In this document: positions 13,565-24,792 of the stretch, piece by piece
Numbering within the stretch: position 1 is the first letter of the stretch
Layout of the letters: each line of letters starts with the position of its first letter
Assembly: GCA_943704425.1 (NCBI GenBank)
Contig: CALSCP010002221.1
Location: forward strand, 1 to 47,681
DNA length: 47,681 nt
Origin: Ministeria vibrans ATCC 50519
Taxonomy: Eukaryota > Protista > Filasterea
Direction of reading: 5' to 3'
Position numbers and translations under genes: made by a program
The notes under the pieces: model-generated
Databases searched by the model: none
The model's input: the letters and a program-made list of their open reading frames with translations, nothing else
What the model was told of the DNA's origin: nothing

Positions 13565-15693
13565 TCATACGAAAGTGGTGGATGATTTTCCAGTGTGGAC
13601 TGTTGTTGTTGTGGTGGTCTTGACAGCACCGCCGCCACTGCTGCCACCACCACTGCTGCTATGCATTGACATGCCGTTGGTTGCACCGCCGCCACTGGTA
13701 GAGTACGTGACTGTCCTCTTGACGGTGCTGTTGCTGCTGCCGCCCTTGCCGCCAACAATGGGTGGAAGAGACCCACCGCCACTCACAGTCACACTCGAAC
13801 TGCTCATACCACCACCACCACCACCACCACCACCGCCGCCGCTGCCGCTGCCGCCACCGCCGCCACCACCACGGCCTCCACCGCCACCACCGCCCAATCC
13901 AGCAAAGACATCGCCACTGAACACTGCCGATGACTTATGCTTGGCCAACACCTGATCGGCCTCAATCAGACTCGCTCCAAATCCACCGCCGCCTCCAAAC
14001 GAAATTCCCAGACGCGACTCCTCCGCCATCAAAAGCTGCGAGTACTTTTCAATCTCAGCCTTGAGCATTCCAATGACCTAATGACAGATCGAATTGAGAG
14101 GGGGTGAGGGAGGAGAAGTAGCGGGGTAAATTCGCACCATGACAAGCTCTTGGTAGAAGGACGCTTGCACGTTGAGCTGCGAGTGGATCTCGGTGATGCG
14201 CGACTCGTACATGCTCGACTGTGATGAAATTTGTCCTCGTGCCTCACTCAGGAGACCCTCCAGCTCGATAATGCTACAAGAAAAATAAAAATAAATCACT
14301 GCTCTTTTGGAACGTTCTGTGCGCTTACCGTCGCTCGAGTTTGTGGATCGTGTCGTTGCTCGCATTGAGGTCAATGCGGTAGCGACTGAGCTCATCCTGA
14401 AGTGCCTTAATCTCAAGCGAGAGGGAGCGTGCCTGTTCAATGGCTGCCTGACACTCAAGACGAATGGTCTGGATCTCCGATTCGTACTTGGCGCGCATTT
14501 CCAACGACGCGCGGTTTGCGTCCTCAATCGCCTGCTGACGCACCCCATCCACCGCAATTCGCACTCGCTCTTCAAGTGTACGCGCAAATCCGGCTTCAGC
14601 ATCGCGAAGCTTTGCCTATACGTGAGAAAAAAATAGGAAAAAAGAAACACCAAACCAATCAGCGCCACTTTTTTTTTTTCTTTTTTAAAAAACGAATCGA
14701 AATACCTCGAGATCATTGATGATGCATTGGAGGCGCTGAACCTCTTCGGCATGGACCTTTTTAAGGAAAGCCAGTTCGTCACGGACGCCCTGAAACTCGG
14801 TGACTTGACGGACGGTGACTTCATAGTCGTGACGGATTTTGTCGAGGTCACGGCGAGCGTCGTCGAGGTCGCGACTGAGACGACCACAGTCGTTCTTGAG
14901 GGAACGGTTCTCCTCGGTAATGGTGGTGATGGTTGTCTCGTAGCTGTGGCGATCGTTGCCGAGCGAGCGCATTTCAGCGCTGAGCTGATCACGTTCGCGT
15001 GTGACACCATCGAGCGACCCGCGCAAGTCGCGAATCTGAATAAGAAGCGCATCGCGTTCGCGCGCCAGCTGGTCTGCGTTGCCTTGACGGCCCTCGAGCG
15101 CGCGGTACTGCGACAGCAGCTCCTCGTACATGCTCTTGAGACGCGCCGCCTCCGCACCGCCACCTCGCAAGTTGTCAATCTCCATGCGCAACTGTGCAAT
15201 GAGCTGCTCACCCTCGCCGTGACGACGACGCAGATCGTCAATGGTGGCCGATTGCTGCGAAATGGTCGACTGGCACGAAGACACTTCGTTGCGACTGTTG
15301 GACAGGTCGCAGCGCAGCTGGTCAATCTCCTGCTGAAACGTCATCGACATTTTCTGCATCTCTTCCAGATGAAAACGCTTGAAAGCCTCCAACTCTGCCT
15401 CGAGCGACATGTTCTTCTCTTGAATCTGACGGCGGCGAGAAATGTACCTGAAAAATTATTATTATTATTAATATTATTATTATTAATATTATTATTATTA
15501 TTATTATGATTGTTATAATAACTATTAATTTGGTATATTGGGCGTACGTTTCAAGACGGCTGTTGAGGTGTGACAGCGATGATTCTTGCATGGCAAGTGA
15601 CTTGACACCTTCCGAAGCTTGCGTCACCGTGACCGAATAGGAACCGCTCGCCTGTTACCAATGTGCATAATAATAAACAAACAACACGTTATT

Positions 15694-15733
<40 letters not shown>

Positions 15734-16081
15734 GCTCCGCCGTTGTACATACTTCCTCCACCACCACCTCCGCTGAGGTTGGAAGAAGTGCGCACTGTAC
15801 GAGTGGTTGTGGACGAGACACCGCCGCCACCACCACCACCACCACCGCCACCGCCACCGCTGCTGCTGCTCATGTGCATGCTGCTGTTACCATAGCCACC
15901 CGAGCCACCCATCACCTGAGAGAGGGAGGGNNNNNNNNNNGGGGGGGGGAGGGGGGGAAGAAGAAAAGGTCAGAGGGAGGGAGTTGCAAGGAGAGTGGCT
16001 TCGTACTCGACTGCTGCTGGAACTCTGATGGCCACCGCTGCGGCTGCCACCGCCGCTTTGGTACGAATATGTCGTTGTCGT
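13565..16081 (-). CDS. Intermediate-filament protein with Gly/Ser-rich head and tail (exons ~16081-16007, 15917-15733, 15651-15548, 15447-14706, 14615-14329, 14273-14138, 14077-13565; start codon unresolved, possibly 16198)
   Basis: Splicing produces the helix-initiation motif LNSRLETYI, the coil-1B end motif DELAFLKKVHAEE and the helix-termination motif EIEKYSQLLMAEESRL, with heptad coiled coil between them. The head and tail carry poly-Gly/Ser loops. Confidence 0.85.
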
Positions 16082-16903
16082 CTGTGTGCAAAAACAGAAG
16101 AATTGTTATTATTATTATCAGAAGGAAGATATAGACGCAAGCCGAGGCAGCACAAATGCGATCAAAGAAAACAAAGTGAACCCATGTGCTTGCGACATTG
16201 GTTTAAAGAAAGCGCTGCATTGCGCATGGCGCGCAGTTTGATGCTTTTTTTTCCTGAAAATGTTCTCTCCATAGCAACCAGTGGAAAAAGCCGCTGAGAC
16301 TCAAGCTGATTGTGCAAGATGTGCAGAAAAAAGTGATGTAGGAGACCAACTGAATGTGTTGGAACGGAGATCAAGCGGAATAGAGGAAGTGCAAAAGCGC
16401 TTTGTGAGTGAAGGGGGTTTTTACTTGGTTGCCATGGAGAAAAGTGAGAAAAAAAAACGTGCAGGAGAACTCTTAGCAGACAAACAAGAGCGAGTAGTGC
16501 AATGTGCATTGAGGGATGTCTATTGAATGGTGGAGGGGCCCTTGATTTTGAGGGATTGGAGAGTGGACGAGGAAGGTGAAAGGAAGGTGTAAAAATGCCC
16601 ATGTTCATATTTAGCCGGGATGGGTGTGATGCTATACCTTCTTGGATGACATGCCTTTTTGTGTGTATCGATGAGGTTGAGACAACAAGCAATAAGACTG
16701 GTCGGTTGAAATTTTTTTACTGATAATTGGGAACTTAATTAAAAGAGTTTGATAAGAAAAAAAAACCCACTTCCGTCTTCAGCATTGCGACTTGGGTCCT
16801 GGAGGCTGGAAGACAAAACCAACCTTTGTGTGATCGTTCTATATTGCTGACTTTGCAGTCGATCAATCTCTTTTCACAGTTGAGATAAATAATTCGCGTT
16901 GCT

Positions 16904-17702
16904 ATGTCAACCGATTCCCAAAGACGCTACACCCCTCGCGTTCTTCTTCACAACTGGTTTGAAGACCGTCAATGGAACGAGGCAAATCGTGGTGCCGATC
17001 GGCCATTTCGCACGGTATAGACAATGGAGAAAGTGAAAGAGAATCCCTAAAATGGAATGTGCAAATTCTGTGCAAATACTCGCAGACAACCAGCGGTAGA
17101 CACAGCCTCTCCGGCCTACACGACGACTTTTGGCACAAGCGGGCGAGTCTGCGAGAGGCCAAAGAATTGCGCAATCGACGGTGTGACTGAATTGGAGTGT
17201 GTTGAACGAAACCACAACTTTTGACACTAATTCATCATCTCTCTTGGGATCTGCTTGTCTCGACCAGACTGAGTCTTCCCGAGCAAACGACGACTCTTGG
17301 CGTGGGCGCTGAGCGAGATTGGTTGGTGTCGCATGCGCACGAGACATACACCCCCCCTGCACGACACGCGTACTCGCAGCGAGAGCACGGCTACGTCAAG
17401 GCACCTGTGAGTGCGTCCGAGCCGGTGCGACATCGGCCGTGCACCGTGTCCTCCTTTGATCGACTACCCCCACCGTCGGTATGGATATGCGAAGCGCATG
17501 ATAGGAGTTTACATTGGGCGTGTCCTCACATTTTGAGTTGCAGGACTGCTATTCGTACAAGAATGGCGCAACGGGATTCTACGGCACAGCAACGCGATAT
17601 GCCTACGAGGCGTATCGTCCCGACACGAGTGGATCGTGGAAAAAAACACAGACTCGTTTTAACACCATTGGCGAGTCGTGGAAAGGACATGGTGGGGTTT
17701 GA
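16904..17702 (+). CDS. Small 4-exon protein with N-terminal NWE-like motif; probable ciliary microtubule inner protein (CFAP68/95/107-like)
   Basis: ATG at 16904 gives MSTDSQRRYTPRVLLHNWFEDRQ. Three phase-compatible GT-AG introns join it to TTSGRHS..., LSLPEQT... and DCYSYKNG...HGGV*. Confidence 0.55.
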
Positions 17703-17865
17703 TTGACTTTTGAAGCAAATCTGTCAGAGTTGAACTTTGAATAAAAAAATTACTTTTTTTTATCTCTGTCGTCATTTTTCCAGCTATCTGGGAGATTTGA
17801 AACCTTGAAATTCTACACCCTACTACATAAGCACAGCGCCCGTTGTACCCCCCTTTTTTTTCTCT

Positions 17866-20785
17866 ATGCGTGTTCTTGCGACAACCGCCACTCTCGACGA
17901 AAACCAGCGCTTCCTGGTCTGCGGCCTCGCTCTGTGCCTCCTGCCACCCGCCCCCAACCTCACCGGGAAGCGCCTGAACGACTTCCTGGCCACGGTCGCG
18001 GACGATGACGAGGAGGTGACGGCTGCCGACGGTGAAGTTGCGATCAAGCGTGAACTTCGTCTGCTGCACAAGCTCAAGGAGCAGGCGCCGTCGATGAGCG
18101 AAGAAGACTGGTCCACTACGTTTGCACAGTTGATTCTGGTCCATCTGCGCATGGCTAGCGAATCCAAAGCGCGTCCCTTGTTGATTTTTTTGACGGATGA
18201 CTTGGACAACCGCGAAAAAATCATCGAAAGTTTTGCGGCGCGCATTCTCATCGACGGGCCCGAAGTACCCTACCATTTGCTGCAGGATCTCATCTTCCTC
18301 TCGTTGCGCACCGGCTGCTACGATGCGCGCGCGCGTACTCTCCTGCGGCGGCTCTGCCAGGCATTCAATCTTCCCTTTCTCATTGCGCAGGTACACACTC
18401 GTTACACATAATTGTGTGTGTGTGAAACACTTGGGGTATTTTTTAGGCGGCGGAAGAGAACGCAATTGAAAGCATTATTGAGCAGTCGCAAGAATCGGAT
18501 GAGCAGCGAGACGAGCGCCTTGCCAAGGAGAAGAGGGCCAAGCACAAGCGATGGGCACTCTACACGTTGGGCGCAGGTGCGAAACAAAATTGCGTTTGTG
18601 TGTGTGTATGTATATAATTATATATATACATGTATATGTGTGTGTGTGTGCTAACACAGGAGTGTTTAGTGGCCGGTGGCACAGTCATAGGACTCACAGC
18701 GGGCTTGGCGGCACCTGCGATTGCTGCCGGTAAGGATGTGGCAAGTGAAGCGATACCTTGCTGAATTCAATGACTGTGTTGGTACAGGAGCGGGAGTCGT
18801 GCTGGGCTCGTCATCTGGTGCGTTTTTGGCAACCACTGGCGGAGTTGCACTGATTTCGACAATTTTTGGCACTACCGGAGCCTCATTGACTTCGTATGCG
18901 TTACACAAGCGAGTTGGTGACTTGAAGGAATTCCGGTTTGTGGCGGTGAGTATGAAAAAGTGCTCAAGGCAGCGTTGATTCTGATGCTGATTCTGTGTGT
19001 GTTTGTATATATATATATGTGTGTGTAGGTTCGAGCGGAAGAGAGAGGAATGGACGTGGTGATTGGAGTGAACGGATGGATCAAACGGAAGAAAATTGAG
19101 ACGGAGGAAGAGCAGAAGATGGTCAAGGCGCTGGAAGAAGCCGCTCGGAAGGCGGAGAAGGAGCAGAAGAAGGATCAGCCTATTGAAGCAGTGGCGTTTG
19201 ATGCGGACAGCTTTAGCGACAGTGCGAAAGCTGCTGCCGTTGCTGCCGTTGCTGTTGATGCTGGTAACCCACAAGCAGAGAGTGAGGCGGTGGCTGTGCC
19301 AACCGATGTGCCAGTTGAAAGCAAGGGCGCAGTGCCAACCGAATCGAAGACGCAAGGTTCGTTGAGCGTGTTGTGTTGTGTGTATGTCTTTGTGTGGTTA
19401 GTGTATATGTGCTTTGTGTATGGTGTTCTTCCTGTTGGGTGTGTGTGTGCACGTGCCTGTAGCTGTGCTTTTGACTTTTTTTTGTTTGTGATTGTGTGTC
19501 TGCGATTTGTCTCTGACATGCGAGGGTTTGTTTACTCACAGCGAAGAAGAGAAAGACACTGGAGAGAGAAGAAGCAGATGACGAGCTTGTGCGACGCGTC
19601 TGGAACCACTCTGCGACACTCGAACGGCTGACGAACAGTGGCGAAGTGTTCACGATTGTGTACGACAGTGACTTGATGAGCAAGATTGGAACAGCGTTCT
19701 ACATGCTTGTTGGCAATGCAGCGTTGAGTCAGGCGGCATCCAAGGCGCTTGCGGCGACTGCACTGTCGGGATTGCTCACGGCCATTGCTTGGCCACTCAC
19801 GCTCATCGGACTGTCACCCATCATTGATAACGTAAGATTGACAATGGTAGTGTGAGAGTAAAAATTTCGAGTGTGGTGAGTGTGTGAGGTGATTGGGTAG
19901 GATACGATTTGTGTGGGAGTGAGCGTGAGAGCGACCGTACCAGTTCTTGTCTTACCTCCCTTCTCGATTCTACCTCTTTTTTGTTTGTCGGCTTAGACCT
20001 GGTCCAATGCTCTGTCTCGGGCGGACCATGCTGGACGAGCACTTGCGAATGTGCTGTTGACACGGGTGCAAGGCCATCGCCCGGTGACATTGGTTGGCTA
20101 TGGGTTGGGTGCGCGTGCGGTGTTTGCATGTTTGTTGGAGATGCAGTCGCGATCGCGGAACAGTGGCATTGTCGAGCGTGTGGTGTTGATGGGATGTCCT
20201 GTTGTGCTTGATCAGAAGCAGTGGGAGCGTGCGAGTCGTGTGGTAGCTGGGCAATTTGTGAATGCGTACAGTGAAAAGGACTGGCTGTGTCGCTTTGCGT
20301 TTCGCACGGTGCTCTTGACACGTTCGATTGCGGGGTTGTCACCTGCACCGACTGTCAACGGACGCATTGTCAATGTAAATGTGACGGACATTGTCAAGGG
20401 ACATTTGCAGTATGAGCCTATGGTGGATGCGGTGCTGGAGCGGTGTGGGTTTGTCCTGCAGAATGAGTCGAGGGGTGCGAAGAAGGGGGAAGAGGAGAGT
20501 GCCACGGAGGGGCACACTGAGACGGAGAAGGAGAAGGGTGAGACCGAAACGACTGAAACTGAGGAGGACAGTCAAACCGAGAAGGGCGAGACCAAAACGA
20601 CTGGAACTGAGGAGGACAGTCAAACCGAGAAGGGTGAGACCGAAACGACTGGAACTGAGGAGGACAGTCAAACCGAAAAGGGCGAGACCGAAACGACTGG
20701 AACTGAGGAGGACAGTCAAACCGAGAAGGATGAGATCGAAACGACTGAAACTGAGGAGAAGAGTACGACTGAGAGCGACGAGTAA
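17866..20785 (+). CDS. TMCO4: TMCO4/DUF726 (Mil1-like) membrane protein with alpha/beta-hydrolase-like domain
   Basis: GCYDARAR.LL; GGTVIGLTAGLAAPAIAAG; RVGDLKEFRF; IDN.WS....RA..AG; RPVTLVGYGLGARAVF; VVAGQFVNAYS..DW; GHLQY. Confidence 0.9.
20531..20770 (+). repeat. 48-bp coding tandem repeat (EKGETETTGTEEDSQT), about 4-5 copies, in TMCO4 tail
   Basis: The unit gagaagggtgagaccgaaacgactggaactgaggaggacagtcaaacc is repeated with few substitutions. Confidence 0.9.
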
Positions 20786-20805
20786 AAATAAAAACAAAAA
20801 AGGCT

Positions 20806-23457
20806 TTAAAGTTGCTTGATGCACTGCTCAAGGGCTGAGGCGATCTTGAGCACCGTATGGTCATCGCCTTTGCGCCCGACAATCATCAGTCCGACATCAG
20901 GGTGTGACTTGGGGCAAAGCGGCACAGTGCACGCGGGATGACCAGTGACGTTGAACGGCGCTGTGTTATCAATCATGTTGAGAGCACTTCCAAAGTAGGT
21001 CGCACTGCTAGTCGTTGCATCAGTGGCGGAGGGGATGGGAGTGGCAAAGTTAGGCGTGGTCGGCATCAGAAGTACAGTGTGTATCTCGAGTGCAGTGTCA
21101 TATGCGCTGGTCAATGTACGCGCCAGATTCTGCCCTTTCGCGTAGAACATGTTACCATAGTGACGTTGGAGCCAATCACCGAAGAGCGAGAAGACCTGGT
21201 TGGTCTTGCTCATGGTGGTCACGCGGGCTTCGTTGCTCACGCCACTGTGCATGGCACTTACGAGACCCGTCACGTAGGCCCCTAAAAGCAAGACAAGCAA
21301 AAAGTTAAAGTTTGGCGTAGGCTGCTAGGGGTTGTACCCTTCGCGCCCGTGGGCTGCCCTCCTGCGCGCATTTGGGTCTGAAAGGCACCTGGTAGACCAA
21401 TGGCAGTCCAAATATGTGTTCCGTCAGCATGAGCGGGCACAGAGGTCTCACTGAACGACACCCCGTGCAATTGTGAGAGTGTACGATGCACTAACTCACT
21501 CACAGGAGCTTCTTTGAACCCTTCCTGTGATCGTCAATGTTTTCAGTTGTCCAAAACATTCTCTCTCACTTACTTTGAGAGTGGCGCACTTGACCTCCTT
21601 CAACAGCGCAAGTGCCTCCGCATGAGACGTACAGAGCCCCTCAGAGTACGCAGGGACAGCACTGCGCTCCACTGCGTTCTCACCCTGGCGTCCCCCGTCC
21701 AACCCGTCTCGCCCCGCCATCACCTGCAGCATCAGTGCAGCATCATGCACTGTTTTCGCTAAAGAAAAAACAAGACAAGTTATTCGAGTGTGAGTGGTCT
21801 TTGTGAGAGTGTAAATGTACCGATCGGGCCAGCATGGTCAATCGTGGGCTCAATTGCGAAGATGCCTGTGTACGGTACAAGACCCCACGTAGGCTTGTGC
21901 GCCACCAGACCATTCCATGCGCCGGGGATTCGGATGCTGCCTCCTTGGTCGCATGCCACACCCAAGTCAGCGTAGCCCAGTGCACTGTATGAAAAAGATA
22001 GAGAGCGAGAGAGAAAATCAGAGAGACACCCGTGAGACAAGACGTACACCAAAGTTGCACTTCCACTGGAACTGCCACCAGCCTGACGGCCGGGCAAGCG
22101 GGCGTTCAATGTGGGTCCAGAGGCACAGGTAAAAGAGCCACCGCTCAGACAGAGGTCTTCACAACTGCTTTTGCCGACAATCCGTGCGCCCGCCTAGCAG
22201 ACACAATACTTTGACTAATGTTTGCATATCCGGTGTTGTTACGTCAAGCAGTCTTGTGACGACCGTAGCGTCCTCTCGAGCAGTGTAGCCATCCAGCATA
22301 GACGAGCCGTTGCGCAGTGGGAGTCCCGCAATAGCGACATTATCCTGAAACACAAAACGACATAAACTGGTGTGTCTCTCTATACTTTGTTTCTCTCTCT
22401 CTATCACTTTGTTTCTCTCTCTCTCTATCACTTTGTTTCTCTCTCTCTCTATCACTTTGTTTCTCTCTCTCTCTATCACTTTGTTTCTCTCTCTCTATCA
22501 CTTTGTTTCTCTCTCTCTATCACTTTGTTTCTCTTTCTCTATCACTTTGTTTCACTCTCTCTATCACTTTGTTTCACTCTCTCTATCACTTTGTTTCACT
22601 CTCTCTATCACTTTGTTTCTCTCTCTCTCTATCACTTTGTTTCTCTCTCTCTATCACTTTGTTTCTCTTTCTCTATCACTTTGTTTCACTCTCTCTATCA
22701 CTTTGTTTCACTCTCTCTATCACTTTGTTTCACTCTCTCTATCACTTTGTTTCTCTCTCTCTATCACTTTGTTTCTCTTTCTCTATCACTTTGTTTCACT
22801 CTCTCTATCACTTTGTTTCACTCTCTCTATCACTTTGTTTCTCTCTNNNNACTCTCTCTATCACTTTGTTTCACTCTCTCTATCACTTTGTTTCTCTTTC
22901 TCTATCACTTTGTTTCACTCTCTCTATCACTTTGTTTCACTCTCTCTATCACTTTGTTTCTCTCTCTCTATCACTTTGTTTCTCTCTCTATCACTTTGTT
23001 TCTCTCTCTATCACTTTGTTTCTCTCTCTCTGTCTCTCTGTCTCTCTGTCTCTCTCTCTTCACCTTGACGACGACAGTTTTTCCTGCCAAAAGGCCCTCA
23101 TCAGCGCCTTTAATGTCACAGTGCCACGCCCAGCCAATCTAAGTCGACGAAGAAGAGAGGAGAGTTGAAGTTTCACAAGAGACACAACAACAACAACAAC
23201 AACAACAACAAAAATTAGATTGTATCACTCACCTGAGCGTCTTTATCGCTCGTCGGTGCGTGTCCAGGGAGACGAGGATACCTCGTTTCCAGGAGAGGCT
23301 CCGGCATGCGATTCACAAGCTCGAGAGAGTGGAAAAAGGCGGCAGAGCCTTCAAGGAGAAATTGCAGATCGTCGTCGCTTGCATGAACTCCTTGCTCCTT
23401 GGCGAGCACCCGCAGGTCTTCAATCGTTGGTTTGGCGACAGTGGTGGCGCGGTACAT
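20806..23457 (-). CDS. Amidase-signature family enzyme (multi-exon)
   Basis: GKTVVVK/DNVAIAG (catalytic Lys), [18 protein letters not shown] (nucleophile Ser), [37 protein letters not shown]. Confidence 0.92.
22375..23030. repeat. Intronic minisatellite, unit ATCACTTTGTTT(CT/CA)n of about 22-26 bp, more than 25 copies
   Basis: Directly visible tandem array inside an amidase intron, with a 4-N gap. Confidence 0.95.
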
Positions 23458-23728
23458 AAAGGAATAAAAAAGTATTAAGTGAATTAATTTTTAATTTTTT
23501 AGTCATATTTACAAAATGTCCAAACTCCAAAGAGAATTCACTCAGAGTTAAATCCATACACACACGCGCACACACACTGAGTGAGTGAGTGAGTGACACA
23601 CACAGCACACTGCTAGTCTGATAGTGGTCATTAGTTGATATGTCAAACATACATTTTACACTAATTTATCCATTCTAACTATTATTATAACGTCAATTTC
23701 GTACATTTCATATTCAATATCATTCTGA

Positions 23729-24725
23729 TCATTTTGTGGCAAACATGCGCCCTCCCCTTCCGCCCCTCCCAAACGACACCGACTGTGGCACACGGACACG
23801 GACCGACTCAGCAAACTCATCCGCAAGCGTATCCATTGCACTGTCATCACACTCCGCTGCTTTCCTCCTCCTCTCTTTCCCCTTCCCCTTTCTTCGCTCA
23901 GGCGTGCTCTCCGTCGTCTCCATCGAAGCACTCCCCCCATTCTCCTCTTCCTCTTCATCCGCCACCAGTGCCATCATTCGCTTCTTCTCCTTCTCCTTCT
24001 GTCGTCTCCGCTGCGTCTTACTCAGCACCGGCACTCCATTCGTCACAGGAGCTGCACTGCTCCGACTCCCAGTCGTTTCGCCCATTGTTACATCCGAGGT
24101 GGTGGTCTCTTGTTTTTTCCCTTCAAACTGTTTGCGACCCACCACGCGAAAGTCTTCGGGGTAGCAATGTACGGTCACCTACAGATTCTAATAAGCAACA
24201 CATGCATTTCTTGTCGTGCTCTCTACCAAATGGTCTTGTCGTCTGTCCTTTGTGACAAACGTCTCGTTGCACTGCTCCACCACACACGCAAAAGAGGCTG
24301 TGCCTCGCTCAAGCATCACCTGGAAGAGCATGTCGTGGGTCTCAAGCAGGTGCAGGTCGAGGAGATGGGCGTTGGGGAAGACGCGCTTGCACTTGGCACA
24401 CACATGAAAGTGTGAGGTGTTGTAGTGCGACTCAAACGCAGCCGTTGTGCCAAAGCGAGCGCCACAGCCCACTTCAGAGCACTCTATCAGCCTCGACGAC
24501 GCGCGGCTGGGCGATTCCTTTGCACTGTGCGTGTCGGGCGAGAGCAGCCCGTAGATGCTGTGGCCCTGGCTGTCGATAGTCTGAGTGTGTGTGTGTGTGT
24601 GTGTGTGAAACATTTGAATGTAAACATGTGCCGCTCTCTACCTGTTTCAGTGACGCAGCCCGTCTCATGTTTTCAGCATCAAAGAAAGGGTCATCGTGTG
24701 CTCGAGGACGTCGTATGGGGAACAT
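23729..24725 (-). CDS. ZNF511: ZNF511-like C2H2 zinc-finger protein (3 exons)
   Basis: N-terminal RR....DPFF; C.EVGC...F......HY...H; C..CKRVFP..HLLDLHLLETHD..F; C.VEQC...F.....R.DHL...H.YP..FR; C-terminal VPQSVSFGRG. Confidence 0.85.
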
Positions 24726-24792
24726 ACCATGAACAAATATGATCTAAATTCTAAATGTAAATCGACTTTCAGACGTTTCAGTTATTTTTGTC

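Noticed and set aside
13565-16081. Vertebrate keratin contamination
   Set aside because: Intron style and microsatellites match flanking genes, and the rod length and sequence are far from any vertebrate keratin.
22375-23030. CRISPR-like repeat array
   Set aside because: There are no unique spacers, the units are separated only by CT runs, the context is a eukaryotic intron, and no cas genes are present.
22370-23168. Long hydrophobic ORFs (SLSITLF / SLYHFV repeats)
   Set aside because: They are translations of the intronic minisatellite.
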